Source of the DNA: an uncultured Klebsiella sp.
GTDB lineage: Bacteria; Verrucomicrobiota; Verrucomicrobiia; Limisphaerales; SXTU01
Reading direction: 5' to 3'
Assembly (NCBI GenBank): GCA_964578245.1
Contig: CAZOCL010000002.1
Span: 1,730-65,729 of the forward strand
Length of the DNA stretch: 64,000 bases
The position numbers and the translations under genes were made by a program. The notes under the pieces were generated by a model. The model ran no database searches, was not told where the DNA came from, and saw only the letters and a list, made by a program, of their open reading frames with translations. This document shows, in pieces, positions 1-9,896 of this stretch (position 1 is the stretch's first letter; each line of letters begins with the position of its first letter).

Positions 1-1
1 C

Positions 2-796
2 CGGCACGAGCGGAACATCGGCGCTTACGAAAACTTCATCCATTGCTCCACGCTCGGCCGGGGTGATTTCCTCGTGCTCCATCAGGACGATGACCTGCTG
101 CACGAAGACTTCCTGAACCGCTGCCACCAGGTGTCCGCAACGCGCCCGGAGGTGACGGTGTATGGTTGCGTGGCGCTGGCCGGAAGCGCGGCCGGCGGCT
201 ACACGGCGAGCGTCCTGCCGGACCTGCTGCAAGGACGCTTCGACTGGCCGCTCCGGGATGAGCCGATGGTGGTGGATGGCCGGCGCATGGCGGTGCGGTT
301 CCTGTTTTCGCATTGCATGAACCACCCGGCCATCGCCCTGCGCCGCTCGGCGCTGGTCCGCGTCGGTGGCTATGGTCCAGCTCCGGACTGCTATTGCGAC
401 CTGGTGACGATCCCGCGCGTGATGGCCCAGGGCATGGTGGCCTATGACCCGCGCGTGGGCGGCCTGGGCCGGCTGCATGTGGCGCAGTATTCCTCGCAGA
501 CCACCAAGGCCAAGCGCGAGCTGCTGACCCACCACACCTTCCGCTATCAGATTGACTCACTCCGCGAACTTGTGCCTGATTGGCCGCATATCCTGCGGCG
601 CGAACTGGCCGCGCACTCGGCGAAAAATCTCATGCCCATGCTCAAAGATCTGGTTGGTTTCCGTGCGCCGGGCGAGTGGACTTCCATAGTCTGGGAGCGC
701 TGCCAGCAGGCGGAGCCGCGCCGTGCCAAACTGACCAAAACCCTGCTCTCCCGCATCGGCGCCAAGAACACCCTGCGGCTCATGGCCGGTGGGTGA
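2..796 (+). CDS. Glycosyltransferase family 2 (GT-A), C-terminal part; the 5' end lies outside the window
   Basis: The frame of ORF 74..796 stays open back to the window edge (RHERNIGAYENFIHCSTLGRGDFLVLHQDDD...). It carries an acidic DxD-type motif as in GT2 enzymes. It sits at the head of the sugar operon. Confidence 0.55.
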   Translation, partial: RHERNIGAYENFIHCSTLGRGDFLVLHQDDDLLHEDFLNRCHQVSATRPEVTVYGCVALAGSAAGGYTASVLPDLLQGRFDWPLRDEPMVVDGRRMAVRFLFSHCMNHPAIALRRSALVRVGGYGPAPDCYCDLVTIPRVMAQGMVAYDPRVGGLGRLHVAQYSSQTTKAKRELLTHHTFRYQIDSLRELVPDWPHILRRELAAHSAKNLMPMLKDLVGFRAPGEWTSIVWERCQQAEPRRAKLTKTLLSRIGAKNTLRLMAGG

Positions 797-871
797 TCAG
801 AAGGCGCTGCCGGACGCAGTCACCTCGGGCGGCCCGGCAAACATGGTTCTTATGCATCAAAACTACCAAGC

Positions 872-1645
872 ATGAAGGTTGTAATCCTGTGCGGCGGGCT
901 AGGCACGCGGCTGCGTGAGGAGACGGAGTTCCGCCCCAAGCCGATGGTGCCGGTGGGCGGGCGGCCCATCCTCTGGCACATCATGAAGTATTACGCCCAC
1001 TTTGGGCACAAGGAGTTCATCCTCTGCCTTGGCTACAAGGGCGAGTTCATCAAGGACTACTTCCGCAACTACCATTGGAACACGAGCGATGTGACGCTCA
1101 AGCTGGGACGCAATCCGCAGATCCGTTACCACAACACCCATGACGAGGAGGACTGGACGGTCACCCTGCTCGACACCGGGGCGGAGACGCAGACCGGTGG
1201 CCGCCTGCGCCGCGCACTCGCGCACGTCGAGGACGACACCTTTCTCTTCACCTACGGCGACGGCCTGACGAACAGCGACATCAACGCCTCCGTTGCGTTC
1301 CATCAGCGGCACGGGGCCATCGGCACGGTCACCGCGGTCAAACCCGGCGGACGCTTTGGCGAACTGGCGATGGATGGCGAGACCATCAAGTCCTTTCAGG
1401 AAAAGCCGGAGAAGGAAGCGGGCTTCATCAGTGGCGGCTTCTTCGTGCTCAACAAGGGAATCGGCAACTACCTGACTGGTGATGACTGCGTGCTGGAGAA
1501 GCAGCCGCTCACGAGCCTGGCGGCGGAAGGCCAGCTCAAGGCGTGGCGGCACGATGGATTCTGGCAGTGCATGGACACGCTGCGCGAGATGGAACACCTG
1601 AACAAGCTCTGGGCCACCGGCAGCGCGCCTTGGAAAATCTGGTGA
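872..1645 (+). CDS. rfbF: Glucose-1-phosphate cytidylyltransferase
   Basis: ATG start. N-terminus MKVVILCGGLGTRLREETEFRPKPMVPVGGRPILWHIMKYY, and the full-length pattern is typical of RfbF/DdhA. Confidence 0.92.
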   Translation: MKVVILCGGLGTRLREETEFRPKPMVPVGGRPILWHIMKYYAHFGHKEFILCLGYKGEFIKDYFRNYHWNTSDVTLKLGRNPQIRYHNTHDEEDWTVTLLDTGAETQTGGRLRRALAHVEDDTFLFTYGDGLTNSDINASVAFHQRHGAIGTVTAVKPGGRFGELAMDGETIKSFQEKPEKEAGFISGGFFVLNKGIGNYLTGDDCVLEKQPLTSLAAEGQLKAWRHDGFWQCMDTLREMEHLNKLWATGSAPWKIW

Positions 1646-1647
1646 CC

Positions 1648-2760
1648 ATGTTCGGCGGCTACTACCACGGCAAACGGGTCCTGGTCACCGGGCACACCGG
1701 CTTCAAAGGGGCCTGGCTCTCGCTCTGGCTGAAGCAGCTCGGGGCGGAGGTCTGCGGCGTTGCCCTGCCAGCGGAAGGCTCGCCCAGCCTTCACCAGATC
1801 ATCGCGCCTGAGACCTTTGACTCCGAGGCCCTCGTGGACATCCGGGATTCCGCCGCCGTGGCCAAGGCCGTCCGTGCCGCCCAGCCGGACCTCATATTTC
1901 ATCTCGCTGCCCAGGCTCTCGTGCGGCGTTCCTACGTGGAACCCGTCGCGACGATGGAAACCAACGTGCTGGGCACGGTTCACCTGCTCGAAGCGGTCCG
2001 CCAGCTCGGCCGCCCCGTGCCCGTGCTCATTGTCACCACGGACAAGTGCTACGAAAACCACGCTTGGGACCATGGCTATCGCGAGACGGACGCGCTCGGC
2101 GGGCATGATGTTTATTCCGCGAGCAAGGCCGCCTGTGAACTCGTCGTGGCCGCCTGGCGGCGCTCTTTCTTCCAGCCCGATGCGCAACTCGGCAACGTCG
2201 CCACCGCCCGCGCCGGCAACGTGATCGGCGGCGGGGACTTCGCCATGGATCGCATCGTCCCCGACTGCATCCGGGCGCTCGCATCCAAAGCCCCTGTCCA
2301 GGTCCGCAACCCGCACGCCACCCGTCCGTGGCAGCATGTGCTGGACTGCCTCAGCGGCTATCTCTGGCTCGGTGCGCGCCTCGCCACCGCGCCGAAGAAC
2401 TCACCCCTGGCCAGTGCGTTCAACTTCGGCCCCGCCTTGCAGGCGAACCGCACCGTCCGCGTGCTCGTCGAGGAACTGCTGCGACACTGGCCGGGGAACT
2501 GGGTGGATGGTTCCGATCCCAAGGCCCCGCACGAAGCCGGTCGCCTGCACCTCGCGATTGACAAATCCGCCGCCCAGCTAGGCTGGCAGCCCACTTGGGA
2601 TTTCGCAGACACCGTGAAGCAGACCGCGCTCTGGTATCGCCGTCACCACGGCGATAGCACTCGTGGCCTGCGCACCTTCACCGTGAAGCAGATTGCGGAC
2701 TTCACCCGGGCGGCCAAGGCGCAAGGCCAGGCGTGGGCCGTCGCCGGGAAACTCAAATGA
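1648..2760 (+). CDS. rfbG: CDP-glucose 4,6-dehydratase
   Basis: Internal ATG at 1648, three nt after the rfbF stop. GKRVLVTGHTGFKGAWLSLWL Rossmann motif and an SDR-type body. The 1543 start in the track overlaps rfbF and is unlikely. Confidence 0.88.
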   Translation: MFGGYYHGKRVLVTGHTGFKGAWLSLWLKQLGAEVCGVALPAEGSPSLHQIIAPETFDSEALVDIRDSAAVAKAVRAAQPDLIFHLAAQALVRRSYVEPVATMETNVLGTVHLLEAVRQLGRPVPVLIVTTDKCYENHAWDHGYRETDALGGHDVYSASKAACELVVAAWRRSFFQPDAQLGNVATARAGNVIGGGDFAMDRIVPDCIRALASKAPVQVRNPHATRPWQHVLDCLSGYLWLGARLATAPKNSPLASAFNFGPALQANRTVRVLVEELLRHWPGNWVDGSDPKAPHEAGRLHLAIDKSAAQLGWQPTWDFADTVKQTALWYRRHHGDSTRGLRTFTVKQIADFTRAAKAQGQAWAVAGKLK

Positions 2761-3989
2761 GCGCGGCCACCTTCACCTGCCGCTCCTGCGGCAATGCAGC
2801 GGGACAGCTCGTCCTGAATCTCGGCCTTCAGCCGCTGGCCAACAACCTCCTCCGGCCCGAAGACCTCGCGAAGCCCGAGCCGCGCTTTCCGTTGCGCGTC
2901 TTTGTCTGCCCGCAGTGCTGGCTGCTGCAGATCACCGATCTCGTCCCCCCGGTCGAGCTGTTCAGCGAATACCTCTACTTCTCGTCGTTCTCCGACACGA
3001 TGCTGCGCCACGCCCGCGAGGCTGCGCAGCGTTACCTGCGCGACTTCTCGCTGGGCACCGCCAGCCAGGTCATCGAAATCGCCAGCAACGACGGCTACTT
3101 GCTCGAGAACTTCCGCGACGCCCGCGTGCCCTGCCTCGGCATCGAGCCGGCGGCGAACATCGCGAAGGTTGCGCGGGAAAAGGGCATTGAGACGCGCGTC
3201 GAGTTCTTCAGCGCCAAGCTGGCGGCCGCACTCGCGCAGGAAGGCCGTCAGGCAGATTTGATTTTGGGCAACAACGTCTTCGCCCACGCGCCGGACACGA
3301 ATGATTTCGTGGCCGGCCTGCAGCGGCTGCTCAAGCCGGGTGGGCGCGTGGTGCTGGAGTTTCCGCACGGGCTGGAACTGCTGGAGAAGACCGAATTCGA
3401 CACGATCTACCACGAGCACGTCTTCTACTTCACGCTCACCGCGCTGCTGCCGCTCCTCACGCGGCACGGACTGGAGATTATCCGCGTCGAGCGGCTGCCC
3501 ATTCATGGCGGCTCGCTCCGCGTGCTGGCCGGTCATACGGGTGAGCAGCCGGTGGACGAGACGGTCGCTGCGCTGCTCGCCGAGGAGCACGCGCATGGCG
3601 TGGCTTCCCCGGCCCGCTACACGGCCTTTGGCGGACAAGTCACGGCAATTCGCACCGCACTCGTCGAACTGGTCACCCGCCTGCGGCAGCAGGGCAAAAG
3701 CATCGCGGCCTATGGCGCCTCGGCGAAAGGCAGCACGCTGCTGAACTACTGCGGGCTGGACGACCGGCAGCTCGACTTCGTGGCGGACCGCAGCACTTAC
3801 AAGCAGGGCCGGCTGACGCCGGGGACGCACCTGCCGATTGTCGCAGCGGAGGAGCTGGCCCGCCGTCAGCCCGACTACACGCTCCTGCTCACCTGGAACT
3901 TCGCGGAGGAAATCCTGCGCCAGCAGCAGGGGTATCGCGAGGCCGGCGGACAGTTCATCGTGCCGATCCCCGAGGTGCGCGTCGTATGA
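2757..3989 (+). CDS. NDP-hexose C-methyltransferase-type enzyme (Zn-ribbon, SAM methyltransferase and C-methyltransferase C-terminal domains)
   Basis: ATGA overlap with the rfbG stop. CRSCGN...CPQCWLLQ cysteine pairs, LGLQPLANNL, a methyltransferase core and AAYGASAKGSTLLNYCG, as in TylCIII-like sugar C-methyltransferases. Confidence 0.75.
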   Translation: MSAATFTCRSCGNAAGQLVLNLGLQPLANNLLRPEDLAKPEPRFPLRVFVCPQCWLLQITDLVPPVELFSEYLYFSSFSDTMLRHAREAAQRYLRDFSLGTASQVIEIASNDGYLLENFRDARVPCLGIEPAANIAKVAREKGIETRVEFFSAKLAAALAQEGRQADLILGNNVFAHAPDTNDFVAGLQRLLKPGGRVVLEFPHGLELLEKTEFDTIYHEHVFYFTLTALLPLLTRHGLEIIRVERLPIHGGSLRVLAGHTGEQPVDETVAALLAEEHAHGVASPARYTAFGGQVTAIRTALVELVTRLRQQGKSIAAYGASAKGSTLLNYCGLDDRQLDFVADRSTYKQGRLTPGTHLPIVAAEELARRQPDYTLLLTWNFAEEILRQQQGYREAGGQFIVPIPEVRVV

Positions 3990-4525
3990 ACTTCTCCCCG
4001 ACCCAACTGGCCGGCGTGTGGCTCGTGGACCAGGACCGGCGCGGCGATGACCGCGGCTGGTTCGCGCGGACGTGGTGCGCAGAGGAGTTCGCCAAGCACG
4101 GCCTCAACCCGAAGCTCACCCAGTGCAGCGCCAGCTTCAATGCCCGGCGCGGCACGCTGCGCGGGATGCACTACCAGATCGCGCCGTATGAGGAGGCCAA
4201 ACTCGTGCGCTGCGTGCGCGGGGCCATGTTCGACGTGGCGCTCGACCTGCGGCCCACGTCGCCGACCTTCCGCCAGTGGGTGGGGGTGGAACTGACACCG
4301 GACAACGGCCGCGCGCTCTATGTCCCGGAAGGCTGCGCCCATGGTTTTCAAACCCTGGCCGACGACACGGAAATCCTCTACCAGATCAGCGACCCTTGGC
4401 AGCCCGGCAGCGCCCGTGGGGTGCGCTGGAACGACCCGGCGTTCGGCATCGCGTGGCCGCTGGCCGACGAGGCGATCCTCAACGACCGCGACCGCACGTT
4501 GCCGGACTTCCCGCCCACGCCGTGA
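3986..4525 (+). CDS. NDP-4-dehydro-6-deoxyhexose 3,5-epimerase (RmlC/RfbC cupin family)
   Basis: ATGA overlap with the upstream gene. DDRGWFARTW...RGMHYQ...KLVRCVRGAMFDVALDLR...YVPEGCAHGFQTL are typical RmlC-fold motifs. Confidence 0.85.
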   Translation: MNFSPTQLAGVWLVDQDRRGDDRGWFARTWCAEEFAKHGLNPKLTQCSASFNARRGTLRGMHYQIAPYEEAKLVRCVRGAMFDVALDLRPTSPTFRQWVGVELTPDNGRALYVPEGCAHGFQTLADDTEILYQISDPWQPGSARGVRWNDPAFGIAWPLADEAILNDRDRTLPDFPPTP

Positions 4526-5418
4526 AGCTGCTCCTCACTGGTGCCACCGGGTTCATCGGGTCCGCCTTTCTCACCCTGGCGGCGAGCCGGGGCCATGAAG
4601 TGGCCGCGCTGGTGCGCCCCGGCAAGGAATTGCCGCCCGCGTGGGGCCGGCTGCCCGGCGTGCGCGCCGTGCCAGGCACGCTCGATGACGCGCCTTGGGA
4701 TGCAGTCACGGCCTTCCGGCCTGAAGTTTGCGTCCACTCGGCGTGGATCGCGACGCCCGGGGTCTATCTCGAATCGCCGGAGAACTACCAGTATCAGGCG
4801 TCGAGCCTCGCGTTCCTGCGCCGGGCCAGAGAATGCGGGGCGGCACAAAGTGTCGTGCTCGGCACGTGCATCGAGTATCAGACCGGGACAAGTCCGTTCT
4901 CCGAAATGCACACGCCCCTCGCGCCCGCCACCACCTACGCTCGCTGCAAAAACGCGCTCCGCGTCGCATGGCAGGAGGACTGCCGGATCAATGGCGGCTC
5001 GTTCGCCTGGGCGCGCGTTTTCTATCCCTACGGTCCCGGCGAGCACCCCGCGCGGCTGTGCAGCACGGCCATCCGCAATCTTCGTTCCGGCCAGAAGGTC
5101 ACGGTGAAGTCGCCCAATTGTCCCAAGGACTACCTCTACATTGATGACCTCGCCGAGGCCGTGCTGGCCGTGGTGGAACAGCAGTTCAGCGGAGCCATCA
5201 ATCTCGGGACGGGCACAGGCACGACCGTCGGTGAAGTGGCCCGCACCATCGGCGACCTGCTGCACCGCCCGGACCTGATCGAACTGGCCAGTCCGCCCGC
5301 GCCCGATCCGCTCGGTGAGGTGGTCGCCGACGCCAGCCGTCTCCATGCCCTGGGCTGGCGGGCCAAAGTCACCTTGCGCGAGGGACTGGCGCGGCTGCTT
5401 CAATCCACGGCGTCATGA
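4522..5418 (+). CDS. NAD(P)-dependent sugar epimerase/4-ketoreductase (extended SDR)
   Basis: GTG start overlapping the epimerase stop (GTGA). LLLTGATGFIGSAF glycine-rich motif and YARCK (YxxxK) catalytic motif. Confidence 0.72.
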   Translation: MKLLLTGATGFIGSAFLTLAASRGHEVAALVRPGKELPPAWGRLPGVRAVPGTLDDAPWDAVTAFRPEVCVHSAWIATPGVYLESPENYQYQASSLAFLRRARECGAAQSVVLGTCIEYQTGTSPFSEMHTPLAPATTYARCKNALRVAWQEDCRINGGSFAWARVFYPYGPGEHPARLCSTAIRNLRSGQKVTVKSPNCPKDYLYIDDLAEAVLAVVEQQFSGAINLGTGTGTTVGEVARTIGDLLHRPDLIELASPPAPDPLGEVVADASRLHALGWRAKVTLREGLARLLQSTAS

Positions 5419-6575
5419 GCATCGCCCCCGGCAAACCCTGTCCCGGCTGCGGCGGCGGCCGACTTTCCGCCCCCTACCGCATCGCGCGCCAGCCGGTGGT
5501 GATGAACTACCGCTTCGCCACCGCGGCGGAAGCCCGACGCGTGCCGCGCCGTGACCTGCTCCTGCGGCAATGCCTCGCGTGCGGCTTGATCTTCAACGCC
5601 GCCTTCGACGTCTCCCTGATTCCCTACGACGAACGCTACGAAAACCGCCAGTGCTTCTCCCCCGCGTTCCATGATCATCTGTCCACCCTGGCGGATGACC
5701 TGACCACCCGCCATGCCCTGCAACATGCGCGGGTGCTCGAAGTCGGCTGTGGCAAGGGAGATTTCCTGCAGCTGCTGTGCGAGCGCGCGGGCGCGCGGGG
5801 CGTCGGCTACGACACATCCTACGAAGGCCCGCCCGGCTCGGCGCGCTCGAAGCTCAGGTTCTTCAAGCAGTATGTGGCGGCGCGGGACATTCACTCTCCC
5901 TTTGATGCCATCATCTGCCGGCATGTGGTCGAACACATCGGGCCGATTGGCGAATTCCTGCGCGAGTTGTGCGCCATCGCCACCGCGGCCGGCGATCCCG
6001 TGACCGTGATCGAGACCCCGACGTTTGAGTGGATTGCCCGGCACCTGTGCTTCTGGGACATCTTCAACGAACATTGCAACTACTACACCCTGCCCTGCCT
6101 CGCCCGCCTCTGCGAGCAGGCCGGGTTTGAGATCGTGGATCAGCGCCTGGCCTTTGGCGGCCAGTATCAGGTCATCGAATTGAAGGTCCGGCGAGAAGCC
6201 AGGCCGACGCTCGCTCGCGCTCGCATTCCGGTCCGGCTCGGCACCTTCGCGCGCCAGTCCGAAGCGCAGATTGGCCGGCTGGAGCGGCAGGTCGCCCGTG
6301 CCACCAAAGGCAGCGCATGGGCGATCTGGGGGGCCGGAGCCAAAGGCGTGGCCCTGGTCAACCGCCTCGGTCGGGTGAGCCCAAGCTTCGTCATTGACTC
6401 GAACCCCGCCAAGCAAGGCTGCTTCATCCCCGGCACCCGCGTGCCGGTGATCGCCCCGGATGACCCGCGCATCGCGGGCCTGGGCCTCGTGCTCATTGCC
6501 AACCCGAACTACTGGCGCGAGATCACTTCGACCTTGCGGCAGCACGGCTTTGCTCCAACCATCCTGACCACCTGA
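5415..6575 (+). CDS. Second methyltransferase with NDP-hexose C-methyltransferase architecture
   Basis: ATGA overlap. N-terminal CPGCGG...CLACGLIF zinc-ribbon pairs, VLEVGCGKGDFL SAM motif and a C-terminal AIWGAGAKGVALVN Rossmann-like tail. Confidence 0.68.
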   Translation: MSIAPGKPCPGCGGGRLSAPYRIARQPVVMNYRFATAAEARRVPRRDLLLRQCLACGLIFNAAFDVSLIPYDERYENRQCFSPAFHDHLSTLADDLTTRHALQHARVLEVGCGKGDFLQLLCERAGARGVGYDTSYEGPPGSARSKLRFFKQYVAARDIHSPFDAIICRHVVEHIGPIGEFLRELCAIATAAGDPVTVIETPTFEWIARHLCFWDIFNEHCNYYTLPCLARLCEQAGFEIVDQRLAFGGQYQVIELKVRREARPTLARARIPVRLGTFARQSEAQIGRLERQVARATKGSAWAIWGAGAKGVALVNRLGRVSPSFVIDSNPAKQGCFIPGTRVPVIAPDDPRIAGLGLVLIANPNYWREITSTLRQHGFAPTILTT

Positions 6576-7339
6576 TGCGCATCACCATTGACACCGAGCA
6601 GCGGACCCTGGCCTGTGAAAGCGCCGCCGGCCGCGAGGAACTGCCCCTCTATTCGGACCGGGCGTTTGAGATCCTGTCCGACGAATGGGTCAAGGTCGGC
6701 TGGAACCAGCGCTACTCCTACACGTTCAGTTGGATGGGCCGGCCCATGATCCAGTTGCCGGAGGACGTCATCCGGATCCAGGAGGTCATCTGGCGCGTGC
6801 AGCCGGACGTGATCCTGGAGACCGGCGTGGCCCACGGCGGCTCGCTCGTCTTCTACGCCAGCCTGTGCAAGGCCATCGGTCGCGGCCGCGTCATCGGCAT
6901 TGATATTGAAATCCGGCCGCACAACCGCGCGGCCATCGAGGCGCATCCCCTGGCTTCCTACATCACGCTGATCGAGGGCAGTTCCACCGCGCCCGAAGTC
7001 GTGGCCCGGGCCAAGTCGCTGGTGAAGCCGGGCGAGCGCGTGCTGATCCTGCTGGACTCCTGCCACACCAAGGCCCATGTCCGCGCGGAACTTGAGGCGT
7101 ATGCCTCCCTCGTCAGCCCCGGCTCCTACATCGTGGCCACCGACGGCAGCATGAAGGACCTGCACGACACCCCGCGCGGCCAGCCCGAGTGGACCTGGGA
7201 TCATCCCGTGGCCGCCGCGCAGGAATTTGCCGCCGCGCACCCGGAATTCGTGCCCGAGCAGCCGCAATGGCCGTTCAACGAAAGCCGACTTTCCAAGAAC
7301 ATCACGCACTGGCCGGAAGCCTACTTGCGCCGTGTGTGA
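6575..7339 (+). CDS. CmcI/cephalosporin-hydroxylase-family methyltransferase (sugar O-methyltransferase-like)
   Basis: TGATG overlap. FSWMGRPMIQLPEDVIRIQEVIW...VILETGVAHGGSLVFYA is characteristic of the CmcI family. Confidence 0.72.
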   Translation: MRITIDTEQRTLACESAAGREELPLYSDRAFEILSDEWVKVGWNQRYSYTFSWMGRPMIQLPEDVIRIQEVIWRVQPDVILETGVAHGGSLVFYASLCKAIGRGRVIGIDIEIRPHNRAAIEAHPLASYITLIEGSSTAPEVVARAKSLVKPGERVLILLDSCHTKAHVRAELEAYASLVSPGSYIVATDGSMKDLHDTPRGQPEWTWDHPVAAAQEFAAAHPEFVPEQPQWPFNESRLSKNITHWPEAYLRRV

Positions 7340-7363
7340 CGTGCAGAAGCGTGGCCGGTGCCC

Positions 7364-8191
7364 CTACTTGCCATCCCCTGGCAGCACCCCGGCGAAGTGC
7401 TCCCGCACGAACGGGTCCTCCAAAAACCGCTTCCGCTTCGTCTCGTAGGATTTTCTCAGTCGTGGATCATCCATCTGGCCGGTCAGCAGGCTCGTGATGT
7501 TGCTGGTGTGCCAGAGGAAGCCGCTCATCTCGCGCAGGCTCAGCACCTCCACCCCGTTGCGCACGCCGGTCAAGTGACGGCTCACCAGGTCCCGGTCGCG
7601 CAGGAAGTTGAAGCCCGCCTCGGCCAGCGTGGACCGGCGGGTCAGGACAAAGTGCAGCACCAGCTTGCCCACGCGCTCCGGCCCGGCCTTGCGCTGGTGG
7701 AACTGGTGCTTGAACACGTCCTCCACGCGCTTGCGCCACGGACGGAACGGATTGGCCTCCCGCTCAAACGTGCCCAGCGCGGCAAGATTCTTCGCCTCCA
7801 GATAGCGAAACCATTCCTCATCCCAGCCGGAACGCATGAAGATCGTGTCGCTGTGCACCAGCCCGAGCAGATCGTTCGACGCGGCGGCGATGCCGATGTC
7901 CAGCGCCTCGAAGTTAGCATCCGAGCCGGTGCGCGCCGTGGCATTGTCCAACCGGCGAATGCGCGGAAACTCATCCAGCATCTTCGACTCGGGGCGGCCC
8001 GGCGCATTGTCCACCACGATGACCTCCGGCTCCCCCGTGCTGAAGTGGTAGATGGAATGCAGCGCCATCCGGGTGATCTCCGGCGTCCGGTAGTAGGGGA
8101 TGATGAGCGTGTATTTCACAGGCTGACCGGCTCGTTCGTGACGGCGCAATATGCCGCCCTCGCCGCCGCGACGGCAATCTTTCCGTCGCAC
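7364..8191 (-). CDS. Glycosyltransferase family 2
   Basis: YTLIIPYYRTPEITRMALHSI...VIVVDNAPG is a GT-A N-terminal signature. The true start may be the GTG at 8119 (VKYTLIIPYY). Confidence 0.68.
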   Translation of the reverse strand: MRRKDCRRGGEGGILRRHERAGQPVKYTLIIPYYRTPEITRMALHSIYHFSTGEPEVIVVDNAPGRPESKMLDEFPRIRRLDNATARTGSDANFEALDIGIAAASNDLLGLVHSDTIFMRSGWDEEWFRYLEAKNLAALGTFEREANPFRPWRKRVEDVFKHQFHQRKAGPERVGKLVLHFVLTRRSTLAEAGFNFLRDRDLVSRHLTGVRNGVEVLSLREMSGFLWHTSNITSLLTGQMDDPRLRKSYETKRKRFLEDPFVREHFAGVLPGDGK

Positions 8192-8228
8192 GCCAAAGCC
8201 GAGCCGGCGCGCGGTGACTAGTCATCGC

Positions 8229-8363
8229 TTTCCGCAGGCGACTTGTCGCCGTCATTCAGCCGTGCCGGACTTGCGCCAAGCGGCCCGCCGCGCTCACGCG
8301 AGTGCGAAAGCCGCCCTCCCCCATCCGCACCCCCCCTCGACGGCGACAAGACGCCTGCGGAAA
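8229..8363. repeat. 25-nt inverted repeat pair (one mismatch) separated by 85 nt
   Basis: tttccgcaggcgacttgtcgccgtc (8229-8253) against gacggcgacaagacgcctgcggaaa (8339-8363). It lies in the divergent intergenic region. Confidence 0.8.
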
Positions 8364-8597
8364 GCAGCGAGAACTCGCCGCACACCATAGCTGTGCGCCA
8401 ATCCGTTTTGTGCGTCCGCAACGCGGATGTTGAACATCCTGCCCCCCTTTCATTTGGTTGCGGCTGCGCATCCGTTCCGCCTCTGCGTTGAATTGCAACG
8501 GTCCGGCCAGCCGCATCCCTCAAGCCCGGAAAACGGAAGGAGGTTGCGCAAACTCCACTTGCCTTTGCGGTTTCTTCCGCAACACTCGCCGCGCGTT

Positions 8598-9770
8598 ATG
8601 AGCAAAAACTCCGGGCCCAAAGTATCCAAGAAGTTCGCCAACTATCCGCGCCTGAATCCCCTCGGCGTGGGCAAGGACATCTCCGCCGCTGACCTGATCG
8701 ACCAGGTCATGCTCGCCTACAACGGCGGGCGGCTGCGCGAGGCGAGCCAGCTCCTCGCCAAGAAGATGCTGCCGGCGGATGGCTTCATCGGCATGAGCCT
8801 CACGGGCGCGCTCACGCCTGCCGGCCTCGGCAAGTCCTGCCTCATCCCACTGATGAAGGCCGGTTTCGTCGACTGGATCGTCTCCACGGGCGCAAACCTC
8901 TATCACGACCTGCACTTCGGCCTGGACATGAAGCTGCACAGCGGCTCGCCGTTCCTCGACGACGTCGAGCTGCACCAGGAGGGTGTCATCCGCATCTACG
9001 ACGTGCTCTTTGATTACAACGTGCTGCTGGATACCGATGCCTTTGTGCGCGAAGTCATCCAAGGGCCCGAGTTCCAGCGGCCGATGGGCACGGATGAATT
9101 CCATTACCTCCTGGGCAAATACGTCGCCGCGCGCGGCAAGAAGCTGGGGCTGAAGGACTCTTCCGTCCTGGCCACCGCCTACGAGTGCGGCATCCCGATC
9201 TTCACTAGCAGCCCGGGCGATTCCAGCATTGGCATGAACGTGGCCGCGATGGCCTTGCGCGATTCGAAGCTGCTCCCGGACGTGAACCGCGATGTGAACC
9301 AGACCGCCGCCATCGTCTATCACGCGAAGTCCACCGGGCACACGAGCAGCGTGTGGATTCTCGGCGGCGGCAGCCCAAAGAACTTCATGCTCCAGACCGA
9401 GCCGCAAATCCAGGAGGTCATGGGCATCCAGGAAAAGGGCCACGATTACTTCCTCCAAGTCACCGACGCGCGGCCTGACACCGGCGGCCTGAGCGGCGCG
9501 ACGCCCGCCGAGGCCGTGAGCTGGGGCAAGGTGGACCCGGACAAGCTCCCCGACTCCGTAGTCTGTTACACGGACTCGACCATCGCCCTGCCGCTGCTGA
9601 GCGCCTACGTGCTCACCCGCGTGAAGCCGCGCAAACTCAAGCGCCTGTATGGCCATCGCGATGCGATCCTCGACAAGGTCCGCTCGCTCTACCTGGCCCG
9701 AGGCACGGTGACGAAGGTGCTGACCAGCCGGAAGATTGCCAAGCGCGCCAGCAGCGTGGGGCTGAAGTAA
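8598..9770 (+). CDS. Deoxyhypusine synthase family protein (bacterial DHS/homospermidine-synthase-like)
   Basis: ATG at 8598 (MSKNSGPK...). [14 protein letters not shown]...[14 protein letters not shown]...[10 protein letters not shown] are motifs typical of the DHS fold. Confidence 0.82.
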   Translation: MSKNSGPKVSKKFANYPRLNPLGVGKDISAADLIDQVMLAYNGGRLREASQLLAKKMLPADGFIGMSLTGALTPAGLGKSCLIPLMKAGFVDWIVSTGANLYHDLHFGLDMKLHSGSPFLDDVELHQEGVIRIYDVLFDYNVLLDTDAFVREVIQGPEFQRPMGTDEFHYLLGKYVAARGKKLGLKDSSVLATAYECGIPIFTSSPGDSSIGMNVAAMALRDSKLLPDVNRDVNQTAAIVYHAKSTGHTSSVWILGGGSPKNFMLQTEPQIQEVMGIQEKGHDYFLQVTDARPDTGGLSGATPAEAVSWGKVDPDKLPDSVVCYTDSTIALPLLSAYVLTRVKPRKLKRLYGHRDAILDKVRSLYLARGTVTKVLTSRKIAKRASSVGLK

Positions 9771-9896
9771 CCCCGTGCCGGCGGCTCGCCGCCGCCGTGT
9801 TGTAGCTTGGAACTTTTTCAGGCTGCTGTGGCCAACGGTCGGCGGCTGCAAGCCGCCGGCACGGGGCCTGGGGCTGCGCAAGCTCGGGCGGTTTGC

